From assembly GCA_040901675.1 (NCBI GenBank), contig JBBDYJ010000017.1, positions 1 to 64,000 on the forward strand: a stretch of DNA of 64,000 nucleotides. The letters run 5' to 3'. A model generated the notes under the pieces. That model saw only the letters and a list, made by a program, of their open reading frames with translations. It ran no database searches and had not been told where the DNA came from. Both the position numbers and the translations under genes were made by a program. Position 1 is the first letter of the stretch, and each line of letters begins with the position of its first letter. Below are positions 25,840 through 35,614 of this stretch, piece by piece. Source of the stretch: Pirellulales bacterium (GTDB lineage Bacteria > Planctomycetota > Planctomycetia > Pirellulales > JAICIG01).

Positions 25840-27051
25840 TCAGATTTTGACGAAGATCCGCTGGCGGTAGAGCCAGACGCAGACCAGCCACATCACCGCC
25901 AGCACGACCGCCAGGCGAACGATCGGTTCGTAAACCGGATCCAGCCGCCCATATCCGGTGAAGACCTGCGGGCCGAAGTGCGTTTCGATGCTCCGCGCGA
26001 TCCAACCGTTGCCGCCGCCGATCAGTTGGGCCATGCAGTACATCAGGATCGAGTTCATTCCGACCACGGCGAGGGGCCAGGCCACCCGCCGCAATCCGAT
26101 GATGTCGACCACGAGGTAAAAGCCGGCGAGCATCAGGAAGGTGAGCCCCGAGCTGTACAGCGCCCAGGAGGGGGTCCAGATGCGTTTGACCAGCGGGCAA
26201 AGCCCGTAGTAGTTCAACAGCCAGCCGCCCGCCGCCAGCACGGCGCCGGATGCCACCAGCAGGCCGAGCTTGAACCCCCGGCCGCGCGAGGCGCGGAGGA
26301 TGCCTCCGGCCAGCAGGCCGAAAACCATCGTGGCCAGCGAGGGGATGAAGTTGAGCGTCTGGTAGCCGCCGGCGTTGTACTCGAACGGCTTCTCGCGCGG
26401 AAACCGGTTCAACAACCAGCGATCGACGTGGGCGGCCGCGTTGGTGTTCTTGTCCCAGTGCGCCTCGATGCCCGCCGGATGGGGAAAATCGTCCGGGACG
26501 CCAACCGACTTATAATTGAAATCGGCCGCCGGCGCCGGATGGAAATAGAACAGGCACCAGTAACCGCCGAGGATCAGGGCAATGGCCAACAGTTGCCAGG
26601 CGGCATGGCCCAGCCACCAGAGCAGGAACAAGAACGTATAGCCCAGGCCGATCTGCGTCAGCACGTTGACGAACGTGAAGTCGGTGCGCTGGTGGCCCGC
26701 GGAGGAAAGAAAGATGCCCAGCAGGATCAGCACGGCCGAGCGGTAGAGCGCGTGCCCCAGCATCCGGCCGAAGGAGTGCCCCTCGGCGCGCCGTCGGGCG
26801 AACGAGTAAGCCATGGCCGCCCCCACCATGAACATGAACGAGGGCTGGATCAGGTCCCAGAACGAGCAGCCGACCCACTGGACGTGGTCGAACTGGTATC
26901 CCAGAAACTTCCAGGCCGGCTGGTCGGGAAAGTGCTTGGCCACCTGCGGCAGGGCGAAACCGGCCGAAGCCATGGCCAACATGATGAAGCCGCGATAAGC
27001 GTCGAGCGACACCAGCCGCTCGTCGATGTCCGGCTGATCGTGCCTGTACAT
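25840..27051 (-). CDS. Membrane acyltransferase (HGSNAT/DUF5009-like)
   Basis: RLVSLDAYRGFIM, HVQWVG..WDLIQPSFMFMVG, KRIWTPSW and VGMNSI. Confidence 0.85.
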   Translation of the reverse strand: MYRHDQPDIDERLVSLDAYRGFIMLAMASAGFALPQVAKHFPDQPAWKFLGYQFDHVQWVGCSFWDLIQPSFMFMVGAAMAYSFARRRAEGHSFGRMLGHALYRSAVLILLGIFLSSAGHQRTDFTFVNVLTQIGLGYTFLFLLWWLGHAAWQLLAIALILGGYWCLFYFHPAPAADFNYKSVGVPDDFPHPAGIEAHWDKNTNAAAHVDRWLLNRFPREKPFEYNAGGYQTLNFIPSLATMVFGLLAGGILRASRGRGFKLGLLVASGAVLAAGGWLLNYYGLCPLVKRIWTPSWALYSSGLTFLMLAGFYLVVDIIGLRRVAWPLAVVGMNSILMYCMAQLIGGGNGWIARSIETHFGPQVFTGYGRLDPVYEPIVRLAVVLAVMWLVCVWLYRQRIFVKI

Positions 27052-27153
27052 CGTCAGAATCCCTCCATAAAGACCGGTAAGGTAGCATATGCCTCGGGCG
27101 TGGCAAAGCTGGCCAGAACCCGCACGCTGTCCGGCATGACGCGTCTCGCAGGT

Positions 27154-28080
27154 TTACGACGTGATGCCCTTGGTCAATTCCATGAACGCCGTCTCCAGGT
27201 TCACCTCTTCTTCCTTGAACAGCGTCAGCCGGTGACCGGAGCCCACCAGTGCGGTCGGCAGGTGGCTGTAATCCTTGGTGCCCTCCGCCAAGGTCACCGT
27301 GATCAAGCCGTTGTTGGTCTGCACCTTCTCGACCGCGGCCTGGGTCTCGATCAAGCGGGCGGCCGAGTCGAGGTCGCCCGCGATGCCGATCTTGAGCACG
27401 GGCTGGCGGCGGACGCGGCGCATCACTTCAGCCACGCCCGAGTTCACCTTCAGCACGCCTTGCTCGATGATGCCGATCTTGTTGCAGATGTCGGCCAGCT
27501 CCGGCAGGATGTGGCTGGAGACCATGATCGTCTTGCCCATGCCGCGCAGCTCTTTCAACAAGCCTCGTATTTCGATGCGGGCCCGGGGGTCCAGGCCGCT
27601 GGCCGGCTCGTCCAGCAACAGGACCTGCGGATCGTGCAACAGCACGCGGGCCAGGCCCAGCCGCTGCGTCATCCCCCGCGACAGGCTGGTGACCAGGGCG
27701 TGCCGCTTGTACCCGAGGTCGACCAGGTCCAGCACCGAGTCGCACACGGCCCGCCGCTTGGCGCCCGTGATCCGGTAGGCGGCGGCAAAGAACTCCAGGT
27801 ACTCGATGACCTTCATGTCGTCGTACACGCCGAAGAAATCGGGCATGTAGCCGACCAACCGCCTGATCTCCTTGGGCCGGGTGTAGATGGAGTACCCGCA
27901 GACGTAGGCCTCGCCCCAGGTGGGGTTCAACAGGGTGGCCAGGATCCGCATGGTCGTGGTCTTGCCAGCCCCATTGGGTCCGATGAAGCCGAACACGTCG
28001 CCCGCCTCAAGCTTCAAGTCCAGCTTGCTGACGGCGTGCAAGTCGCCGTAGGTTTTCGTCAAGTCGCGGGTTTCAATCAC
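27154..28080 (-). CDS. ABC transporter ATP-binding protein
   Basis: GPNGAGKTT, LSRGM, LLLDEPASGLD and SSH. The GTG start overlaps the upstream stop. Confidence 0.95.
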   Translation of the reverse strand: MIETRDLTKTYGDLHAVSKLDLKLEAGDVFGFIGPNGAGKTTTMRILATLLNPTWGEAYVCGYSIYTRPKEIRRLVGYMPDFFGVYDDMKVIEYLEFFAAAYRITGAKRRAVCDSVLDLVDLGYKRHALVTSLSRGMTQRLGLARVLLHDPQVLLLDEPASGLDPRARIEIRGLLKELRGMGKTIMVSSHILPELADICNKIGIIEQGVLKVNSGVAEVMRRVRRQPVLKIGIAGDLDSAARLIETQAAVEKVQTNNGLITVTLAEGTKDYSHLPTALVGSGHRLTLFKEEEVNLETAFMELTKGITS

Positions 28081-30329
28081 GGTGCAGTTCCAAAGTCCAC
28101 GGCAGGTTTGCTGCCCATCGGCAGCACAAAACGATAAAAGGTCGAATTCCGCCGGCGGGCGTCGAGCGGGCGGCCGTCGCGCTGCAGCTGGCTGGCCGGT
28201 TGCTCGGCCTGGCCCACCAGGACCGCCCGTCCCATGCTCAAGTGTCCGCTCAGGTCGATGAAGTGCTGGTAGCGGTGCAACAGTCCGGTGTAGCTGCGGC
28301 CTCGGGCCGCCTCGAAGAACAACATCTGCCGCATGATCGCCGCCACGTCGAAGCCGGCCTGGTCGTAAGGCGTGGCCGACGCCAGAAAATGGCCCTTCTC
28401 CCCACGGCTCAGCTTGTACTCCTTGAACACCGGGACCAGCTCGCGATGCTCTCCCGGGATGATCCGCACTCGCTGCCCCGGTTTCAAATCTCCGATGACG
28501 TAGGCCCAGGGGCCGCTGAGCAGCATGCAGTCGGTCAGCGGCATCGGCAGCCGGCTGGTCAGCGTGCCTTCGGCCACCAGGTCGGCGGTGGCCGTCAGGT
28601 CGGCCTCCAAGTCGAGCGGGCTCGGCTGGCTCCAACGGGCGGTGAAGCTCTTGGTCGACCAGATGCCGACCGGCACTCCCAGCAATTGATCCAGGCCGGG
28701 CGAAAAGCGGTACGCCTTGGCGATGGGGGCGGCCGCTGCGGCGGTGGTTTCCATGCCGCCCAGCGCCGAGCCCGGCAGTCCGTGCCACGCCAGCACGGTT
28801 TGGCTGTCGTCGGTGCCGGCATCCGAGGCCCGGCCGGCCAAGGGCACAAGGGAAAGGTCGTACGTCGTCTGGCGCGGGCTGAACATGTTCAGCCAGGTGG
28901 TTCCCCGCATCCGCCCGGACGCCAGGTCGACGTCGACCAGGTCCACCTGGTTCACGCGGATCTCGTCTCCTTTCCAACGATGGGCCAGCGCCCAGGCTCC
29001 CAGGCTGAACGCGGCGGCCAGCAACGGGAACGTGAACCACGTCCACTCCAACCGCCCCAGCTTTTTCAATACGAAAAAATCAACCGGCCCGACCAGCAGC
29101 AAATAGATGAAGGCCGACAAGGCCACGCCCCAAAACGGCACTACCGCGATCCCCTGGAACTGCTCCAGCGCGCCGCGGAGTTGTCCGGCCAGGTCCGTCA
29201 GCCCCAGGTAGCCGGCCGGTCCTCGGCTGCGGCCGTCCTCGTCGTCGTCGGCCGGCTCGGTCCGCGGCCAGAGCAGCTTGGCAACCAGGCTGCCGCGGCC
29301 TTGCCATTCGGCCAGCGGCCCGCGGGCCAGGTCGAGCGCCACGAACGTCACTTCGCCGAACACGCGAGCCGTGCGAAGCACCAGCGGCAAGTTGCCTTCG
29401 CTCAACTCGACCACGCCGTCGACTCGGTCGAGCTGATGCACCTCGATCCGGCCGGCCCCGCCCGCCTGCCGCGATCCGGGGACCTGGTACGCGGATCCGA
29501 TGTACATCTCCAGGGCCGTCGTGCGGGGCAGCCTTGCTTTTTTTCCCAGCCGCCCCGGCACGAAGCTTGCCAAGGGCCCGCCGGGCGCGATCGCCTGTTC
29601 GGCCTCGGCCGATGCCACCAACAGCATCCGCCCCCCCATCTCCAGCCACTCGCCTAGCGCATCCAGCCGCGACGCCTCCGGCGATCCACTCGACGTCCAA
29701 CCGCCCGACACGACCAGCGCGTCGACCCCATCGTAGCCGAGCCATCGCGACGGCAGCTCCGCCGGACCACTCAAGGGGACCACTGAGATTCCGACCGACC
29801 GATCCGGCGCGAACATCGAGGCGGCCTCCTCGACGCCGACCGCCGGGCCCAGGACGAGGATCATCCTTTGCTGCGACGGCAATCCCCTCGGCAGGCCCGC
29901 GCCGGAGCGAAAGGTCCGCCTCGCCAGCAGCTCGCCGTCACAGCTCAGGGCCGCCCGCAGGTCGCCGTCGGCCCGCCCGAACTTCACGTACACGGAGAAG
30001 GTCGTGAGCTGGCCGGGGGCAATCGGAGCGGCCTCGGAAACCGCCTGGCTGGGCACGTCGTCGCCGTCGGGCACGGTGACGACCAGGTGCCCTGCCAGCT
30101 CGCGGGCGCCTCCGCGCACCGTGATCTCGACCGGCGCCCAATAACCGGTCTTGTAATGGCCGCCGAAGCCGACGCGCAATGTTTCGATCGACGGAGCCGC
30201 GTCGCGCCCGGCATCGGCCCGGGCCGCCTGCGGCGCCAGCAGCGCGGACGCCGCCGCCAGCAGCAGCGTTACGGCCCGGAACCCTTGTCGGCAGGCCGCC
30301 CACGGCCAATCAGCCTCTCGTGACGGCAT
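28077..30329 (-). CDS. Conserved exported/membrane protein associated with the ABC module
   Basis: Signal peptide, VGFGGHYKTGYWAPV, WLGYDGVD, and a two-TM segment YLLLVGPVDF..WTWFTFP. Confidence 0.8.
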   Translation of the reverse strand: MPSREADWPWAACRQGFRAVTLLLAAASALLAPQAARADAGRDAAPSIETLRVGFGGHYKTGYWAPVEITVRGGARELAGHLVVTVPDGDDVPSQAVSEAAPIAPGQLTTFSVYVKFGRADGDLRAALSCDGELLARRTFRSGAGLPRGLPSQQRMILVLGPAVGVEEAASMFAPDRSVGISVVPLSGPAELPSRWLGYDGVDALVVSGGWTSSGSPEASRLDALGEWLEMGGRMLLVASAEAEQAIAPGGPLASFVPGRLGKKARLPRTTALEMYIGSAYQVPGSRQAGGAGRIEVHQLDRVDGVVELSEGNLPLVLRTARVFGEVTFVALDLARGPLAEWQGRGSLVAKLLWPRTEPADDDEDGRSRGPAGYLGLTDLAGQLRGALEQFQGIAVVPFWGVALSAFIYLLLVGPVDFFVLKKLGRLEWTWFTFPLLAAAFSLGAWALAHRWKGDEIRVNQVDLVDVDLASGRMRGTTWLNMFSPRQTTYDLSLVPLAGRASDAGTDDSQTVLAWHGLPGSALGGMETTAAAAAPIAKAYRFSPGLDQLLGVPVGIWSTKSFTARWSQPSPLDLEADLTATADLVAEGTLTSRLPMPLTDCMLLSGPWAYVIGDLKPGQRVRIIPGEHRELVPVFKEYKLSRGEKGHFLASATPYDQAGFDVAAIMRQMLFFEAARGRSYTGLLHRYQHFIDLSGHLSMGRAVLVGQAEQPASQLQRDGRPLDARRRNSTFYRFVLPMGSKPAVDFGTAP

Positions 30330-30673
30330 CAGGGTTTCTCCGCGGCGTCGCAACGGCAGACCACTTGCCCGCATCCGGGGCAGCCGACCGCGTACTTGCG
30401 GCTGACCGCCTCGGCCAGGTCGACGCCAACGACATTGGCAATGGTTGTCAACCAGGCGAGCACGTCGGCAAACTCCTCCGATCGCTGTTCGTGCGTCCCC
30501 TGCCGAAGAGAACTGGCCAACTCGCCCACTTCCTCCATCAACCACATGAAGGTGCCATCCACGCCCCGGGCCAGGTCCTTTTCCAGGTACATGCGGCGGA
30601 TCAGCTCCTGGAACTCGGCGATGGTCATGCTGGCCGCCGCCGTTGCCTCGCGCTTTTGTTTGCCGCCGCTCAC
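30329..30673 (-). CDS. MazG-like nucleotide pyrophosphohydrolase
   Basis: WLMEEVGELA..EEFADVLAW with a C-terminal CPGC..CRC. GTGA overlap with the upstream gene. Confidence 0.88.
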   Translation of the reverse strand: MSGGKQKREATAAASMTIAEFQELIRRMYLEKDLARGVDGTFMWLMEEVGELASSLRQGTHEQRSEEFADVLAWLTTIANVVGVDLAEAVSRKYAVGCPGCGQVVCRCDAAEKP

Positions 30674-33516
30674 GGGCTCACGCTCTCCAGCATTGCTTCG
30701 GCGCCCGGATAATCCGCATCGAGCTGGAGCAGCTTTTCGAGGACGGCACGCGCTTTTTCGGGCTGTTTTGCCTCGATCCAGGCGGCCGCACACGCCAGCC
30801 GCAGGCCCAGCTCGTCGGGCTTCAATCGCGCGGCGACCTCGTATTCCTCGGCCGACTCGCCGTGCTCGCCCATGCCGGACAGCGCCTCGGCCCACATCCG
30901 GTGGACTTCGGCGTCCATCACGTCGATGTGGTTTGCCAGCCGCGCCCAGCGAGCGGCCGACTCAAAGTCCTTGGCCTTCAATGCCAACTGGGCCAGCTTC
31001 TTCCGGTACGCCGCATCGTCGGCCTCCGTCATCGCCAGTTGCTCGAGCACCGCCGCCAGCTTTTGCTCCTCCCCGGTCGAGAGGTACAAGCGGGCCAGCG
31101 ATTTTGTCCACTGGATGTTCGAGGGCTGGCTCTTCGCGCCCAGCTCGTACAACCGGCCGGCCTCATCATAATCCTTGGCCTTGAACTTCAGGCCGGCCAG
31201 CAGGTTCAACGCGCTTTCGTCGGGATCATCGGGATCGAGGCTTCCCGCGAGCAAGTCCATCGCTTCGGCCGTTTCGCCGACCACCAGGTGTATCCGCGCC
31301 AGAACGTAGTGGGCCAGTTGGTGCTTGGGCTCGCCGGCGATCGCCTGGCGGGCCAGCTTACGCGCCTCGGGGTACGCCTGGCGCAGCAGGTGGGCCTGCG
31401 CCAGCCGCGCCAGGATCTCGGCGTTCTGGGGGTCGGCCGCCCGCGCCCGTTCCAATTCAGCCAGCGTCATCGGCGCCGGTTTGGGCCGCGACGCCAGACC
31501 TTGCACCACCTGGGCCAGGTGCTCGGCGTATCCCTGTTCGAATGCCTCCTGCTCGACGCCAAACGATTTTTTCAAGGCCGACCTCGTGTCCAGGTTGGCC
31601 TGATACGCCTGGAGCAACCGGGCGGCCGCGTCGGCTCCGTGAGCGGCCTTCATGTACTGGACGTACAACTGCGCCTGGCAGTAGGCCATCTGCCAGTCGA
31701 GGCTCGACTTGGGGCGGATGAACCCCAGGTTGATCGTCTCCAGGTTGAACAGCTCTCCCCGCGGGACGCGCTGGCTCAGCAGGTCGTTCCAGGTCTGCGG
31801 CCTGGGGTATCCCTCGCTCTCGACGGCCAGGGCCTCGGTGAACCAATGGGGGATGTTAAACTCGGTCTGCTGCAGGTTGAGCACGTGAACGAACTCGTGC
31901 TTGAGCACGCGGGCCCAGTTGTATTTTTTGGGCATGTCGTTGGGCGACGCCAGCGCGACGATCTTGCCGGCGCACGCGCCGACCGTACCCACGTAGGGCA
32001 GCCCCACCATCCGCGCGCTGAACCAGCCATGGCCGCTCGTGTTGCGGGCCCGGCAAAAGAATTCGAACAGCGACTTTCCCTGCGGCTCAAACCCGAACTG
32101 CGCGACCAGCTCCGGGTAGACCTCTTCCTCCAGGTAGCGGGCGGCGTATCGGGCCAGCAGCTCGTCGGCCACGCGATCGAACTTGATCACGAAATGGTCG
32201 GTTTCCAGCACGGCATAGCCATCGAGCACTTCCAGCACTTTCAGGCTGTTGCTGACCCGCACGTTGAAGGGGTCGATCTCGTGGGACTCGTCGAGCAGGC
32301 GTTTTGCTTCGGCCTCGTCGCCCAGCCGCATCGCCATCAGCCCCAAGGCGCCGCGGGGAGCGGTCAACCGCGGCATCCGCGCCAGCGCCTCGCGGTAATA
32401 GCGGGCCGCCGCCGGAAACCGGCGGCTGAGCTCCAGGCCTTCGCCCATGGAGTAAAAGAACTCGCCGGCGTGCGGATTCCGCGCCGTCGCCTGCTCGACC
32501 AGCTTGCCGGCGCGCCCGCCTGGCTCAGCCGCCGCGGGCCCCTCCAGCAGAACCAGCGCGGCCGCCAGCCGTCCCAGGCTCGCTTCGCTCGCCGGGTTGA
32601 CGGCAAGCGCCTTCTCGAACGCCTCCACCGCTTTGGCCGCATCCAGGTTGGTTAGTTGCACGTCGCCGCGGCCACGATGAGCCTCGGCCAGGGCCGGATT
32701 GATGGCCAGCGCGCGGTCCAGCGCCCGTGTGGCGTCGTCGACCTCGAAGTTCTGCAGCGCCAGGCGTGCCAGGGCGGCATACACCGGCGCCGCGTTCGGG
32801 TTCAGCTTCAGCGCCGCGGCGAAAGCCCGGCTCGCCTCGGCCTGGTTGTACTTTTCCAGAAACAAGAGGCCCGATTCGTAATGAGCGGGCCAATACTCCT
32901 TGTCCAGTTCGAGGGCGTCCGGGTACAGCTCGTTGACAAAAAAGGCGAACTGGTCGCTGAGCCGGTTCCAGCGTGCGAACTGGGCCGCCGCCAGCCCGAT
33001 CCAGCGCAGCGACTCGGCGCTGGTCACCTCGTGGGCGTTGTAATAGTCGACGAACCACTTGCAGGCCTGGTCGGCCTTGTCGAGCTCGCCCGCTGTCCGC
33101 CAGAGTTCGGCCTGGATCCAGCGGGCCGCCAGCAGATCGGCGTCGATCGCCAGGGCGGCCTCCACGCCTTGACGGGCGGCCTCATAATCTCCGCGGTCGA
33201 ACGCCAGTCGCGCCGCTGCGGCGTGCAGTGGGGCCGCCTCGGGGTGCTCGCCGATCGACGTGGCCAGCGTGGCCGCGGCTTCTTCCAGCTTGCCGGTGCC
33301 AATGAGGCATTCGGCGGCCCCCAGTGCGGCCGCGACGGGCTCGGCGGCAGCCAGCGCCTGGTAGGCGTCCTGGGCCTCGGCATATTTGCCTGTCGAGAGC
33401 AGCCGCCGCGCCTCGGCCAGCTCCTGCTCGGCATTCTGGGCGGCGGCCGGCGTGAGCAGCAACAGCAATGCCCAGGCCACCAGGCAGCATCGGCGCAGCG
33501 CGGGTCGTGTCATCAA
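30670..33516 (-). CDS. Secreted TPR protein with central MA-clan metallopeptidase domain
   Basis: Signal peptide, helical TPR repeats, HEFVH...PHWFTEALA. Confidence 0.85.
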   Translation of the reverse strand: MMTRPALRRCCLVAWALLLLLTPAAAQNAEQELAEARRLLSTGKYAEAQDAYQALAAAEPVAAALGAAECLIGTGKLEEAAATLATSIGEHPEAAPLHAAAARLAFDRGDYEAARQGVEAALAIDADLLAARWIQAELWRTAGELDKADQACKWFVDYYNAHEVTSAESLRWIGLAAAQFARWNRLSDQFAFFVNELYPDALELDKEYWPAHYESGLLFLEKYNQAEASRAFAAALKLNPNAAPVYAALARLALQNFEVDDATRALDRALAINPALAEAHRGRGDVQLTNLDAAKAVEAFEKALAVNPASEASLGRLAAALVLLEGPAAAEPGGRAGKLVEQATARNPHAGEFFYSMGEGLELSRRFPAAARYYREALARMPRLTAPRGALGLMAMRLGDEAEAKRLLDESHEIDPFNVRVSNSLKVLEVLDGYAVLETDHFVIKFDRVADELLARYAARYLEEEVYPELVAQFGFEPQGKSLFEFFCRARNTSGHGWFSARMVGLPYVGTVGACAGKIVALASPNDMPKKYNWARVLKHEFVHVLNLQQTEFNIPHWFTEALAVESEGYPRPQTWNDLLSQRVPRGELFNLETINLGFIRPKSSLDWQMAYCQAQLYVQYMKAAHGADAAARLLQAYQANLDTRSALKKSFGVEQEAFEQGYAEHLAQVVQGLASRPKPAPMTLAELERARAADPQNAEILARLAQAHLLRQAYPEARKLARQAIAGEPKHQLAHYVLARIHLVVGETAEAMDLLAGSLDPDDPDESALNLLAGLKFKAKDYDEAGRLYELGAKSQPSNIQWTKSLARLYLSTGEEQKLAAVLEQLAMTEADDAAYRKKLAQLALKAKDFESAARWARLANHIDVMDAEVHRMWAEALSGMGEHGESAEEYEVAARLKPDELGLRLACAAAWIEAKQPEKARAVLEKLLQLDADYPGAEAMLESVSP

Positions 33517-33633
33517 CTCGCTCGGGGGAAACCCTCAAACAGCATCCGCAAGCCAGCCCTCAGGTTACGGCAAGCGGCAAAGTTGTTCAAGGGTAGCCGT
33601 GCACCCTGTTGATTTCGGCGTCGCCGCGGTAAC

Positions 33634-33978
33634 ATGGCGGCCATGGATCCCAAACCGGCGATTACCTACGACGACTTCGCCAGGCTCGATCTCCGCGTGG
33701 CGACCGTGGTGGCGGCCCGTGAGCACCCGGGCGCGGACAAGCTCTTGTTGCTCGATGTCGAGGTCGGCGGCGTCACGAAGCAGATCGTGGCGGGTATTCG
33801 AGGCCACTACCAGCCGGCCGACCTGGTGGGCCGCCAGATCGTGGTGGTCAACAATCTTCAGCCCGCCACGATTCGCGGCGAGATCTCCAACGGCATGCTG
33901 CTGGCCGCCACCGATCAGGCCGGCGTCGTCCTTTTGCGCCCGGAACGCCAGTGCCAGACCGGCTCCGTCGTCAAGTAG
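33634..33978 (+). CDS. Stand-alone tRNA-binding protein (MetG C-terminal/Trbp111/CsaA-like)
   Basis: ITYDDFARLDLRV, HPGADKLL, QIVAGI and NLQP..RGEISNGMLLAA. Confidence 0.92.
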   Translation: MAAMDPKPAITYDDFARLDLRVATVVAAREHPGADKLLLLDVEVGGVTKQIVAGIRGHYQPADLVGRQIVVVNNLQPATIRGEISNGMLLAATDQAGVVLLRPERQCQTGSVVK

Positions 33979-34000
33979 TCGGCCGCTCGGGTTGGAGAGC

Positions 34001-34414
34001 TCAGGAGACCAGGAAGACGCCTTCCTCGATCAGTTCCCGCCGCAGCGCGACCCGTACTGGATCGTTGACTGCCAGCACCTTCACCGTAACGCGCCCGATT
34101 GGCGTCCTTCCAATCAGCAATGGCCCATCCCAACGGAAGTGCCGTGCCCATTTGTGCCGTCGAGGGTTAAACAGCCGGATCAGCTTGCTAATGGAACTAC
34201 CCACCTCGGTCCCCGCCAGGTTGGGCCCCTTGTGGCGGTTGCAGAACAGGCACGAGTATGCCAGATTGCCGAACGAGGTCCGGCCCCCGTGCTGCTTCGG
34301 TACGATGTGCTCGATCTCGAACGGGCCCGGATGCAGAGCCGCAGGCAGATGGCAGTACTCACAAGCGTACCCTGCACGCTTGCGGACCGTCGCGGCCAGT
34401 CGCCCATCCATCAT
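34001..34414 (-). CDS. HNH endonuclease
   Basis: CEYC, EHIVPKQHGG, NLAYSCLFCNRHKG and LFNPR. Confidence 0.9.
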   Translation of the reverse strand: MMDGRLAATVRKRAGYACEYCHLPAALHPGPFEIEHIVPKQHGGRTSFGNLAYSCLFCNRHKGPNLAGTEVGSSISKLIRLFNPRRHKWARHFRWDGPLLIGRTPIGRVTVKVLAVNDPVRVALRRELIEEGVFLVS

Positions 34415-34710
34415 GAAGAGCGGCTGGGGGGCGTTTGCTTGAGCAGCTTGCGAGCCTTGGATTGGAGGATGGCGAGCAGGTCGCCCACCTTCACGAAGTT
34501 GTCCAACTCTTCTTGCTCGTGCGGGGAGAGCCTTCGCTGCTGGTTTTGTTCGGCGAGTTCGTGCATCCGGGCTCTATCCGGCTCCGGGAACCTGATCTTC
34601 AGCACGTGCCGGGCGAGTTCGACCGACAGCCCGTCCTCGCCGGCTTCCCATAGCCGGGCGAAGATCGCCGCTTCGCTTGTCTGGTCCTGGTGGACGTCAG
34701 TTGTTGCCAT
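34411..34710 (-). CDS. Small partner protein of the HNH gene (putative antitoxin)
   Basis: RMHELAEQNQQRRLSPHEQEELDNFVKVGDLLAILQSKAR. ATGA overlap with the HNH gene. Confidence 0.75.
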   Translation of the reverse strand: MATTDVHQDQTSEAAIFARLWEAGEDGLSVELARHVLKIRFPEPDRARMHELAEQNQQRRLSPHEQEELDNFVKVGDLLAILQSKARKLLKQTPPSRSS

Positions 34711-34731
34711 GAAATGCTGCCTCGATACGGT

Positions 34732-35136
34732 TCAGCGCTTGACCACGCCGCCGCGGCCGCTGCGAAAGCCGGGATAGTAGTGCGAGAAGTTCATGAACAC
34801 GGCACCACTGCCGGTGGGAGCGACGCCGGCGTTGGGCCCGCCGAACGGCGTGGCGGCCTGTTCATCGACGCGGGCCCGCAACTGCTGCAAGGCCTCGCCC
34901 TGCTGGAAAGTGGCCGCCCGCTGTTGGATCGGCGGCCGCACCAGCGTGTAATAATTGGTGGCCGGGTCCAGTTCAGGGCGCAGCAGGTTCAGGTAGGGAC
35001 TGACCGGCGGCCGGGAGAGCGTCTGACGGTACGACTGCCGCGATCTGGGCATCTGCCGTCGCTGCGCGGAGGCTTCCTGGGCGATCGACAAGGCCGAGAC
35101 GGCCACGAGACACACGGCGAGACGGCGGGATGTCAT
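34732..35136 (-). CDS. Hypothetical secreted protein
   Basis: Signal peptide ASA|Q; RPPVSPYLNLLR..NYYTLVRP; FMNFSHYYP. Confidence 0.75.
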   Translation of the reverse strand: MTSRRLAVCLVAVSALSIAQEASAQRRQMPRSRQSYRQTLSRPPVSPYLNLLRPELDPATNYYTLVRPPIQQRAATFQQGEALQQLRARVDEQAATPFGGPNAGVAPTGSGAVFMNFSHYYPGFRSGRGGVVKR

Positions 35137-35269
35137 GGCAAGTCCCTCTGCATGGATTTTGTGGCGCCGGAAAGATCCCAACGCACAATCGTAATGATCG
35201 ACATCATCGAGGGCGACCCTTAGAGCATTCTGGGCGCCGGCGGGCAGCCGGGCAAGTGCCGGGTGCTGA

Positions 35270-35527
35270 TCAGTCGAGCAGATCGTGGCTCAGGCTGATC
35301 GCCTGGCGGCGGAGCTGGTCCATCTGATCCATGAGCGATTCGAGCTGACTGGCATCCGAGCCCGACTCGAACATGCGCGCGGTCACGTGCTCGTAAGCCT
35401 CGTTCCAACGCAGCCAAAGCACCAGGGCCTCGCGCCAGCGAACCTCGTGGTCCGTGATGCCTCCCCCGGGGCCGCGTGGGTCGTGGGGCCGCGAGACGGG
35501 TTTCTGCGAATTGGACGAAGACGGCAT
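35270..35527 (-). CDS. Small hypothetical helical protein
   Basis: WREALVLWLRWNEAYEHVTARMF..LMDQMDQLRRQAI, with protein-like composition. Confidence 0.6.
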   Translation of the reverse strand: MPSSSNSQKPVSRPHDPRGPGGGITDHEVRWREALVLWLRWNEAYEHVTARMFESGSDASQLESLMDQMDQLRRQAISLSHDLLD

Positions 35528-35614
35528 GGCACCGGGGCCCAGGGGACTTGAGGGGTTTAGGCCGCATATGAATTCTAAATGCCCCTCTACGCCTCGGCAA
35601 CCGGGCATGGGAGG

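Noticed and set aside
25978..32655. Long antisense ORFs (e.g. 25978-28137, 30643-32655, also 14774-16798, 39986-41926, 51583-53634, 57919-60063, 62531-63829)
   Set aside because: These are shadow frames opposite well-supported genes in high-GC DNA and have no recognisable motifs.
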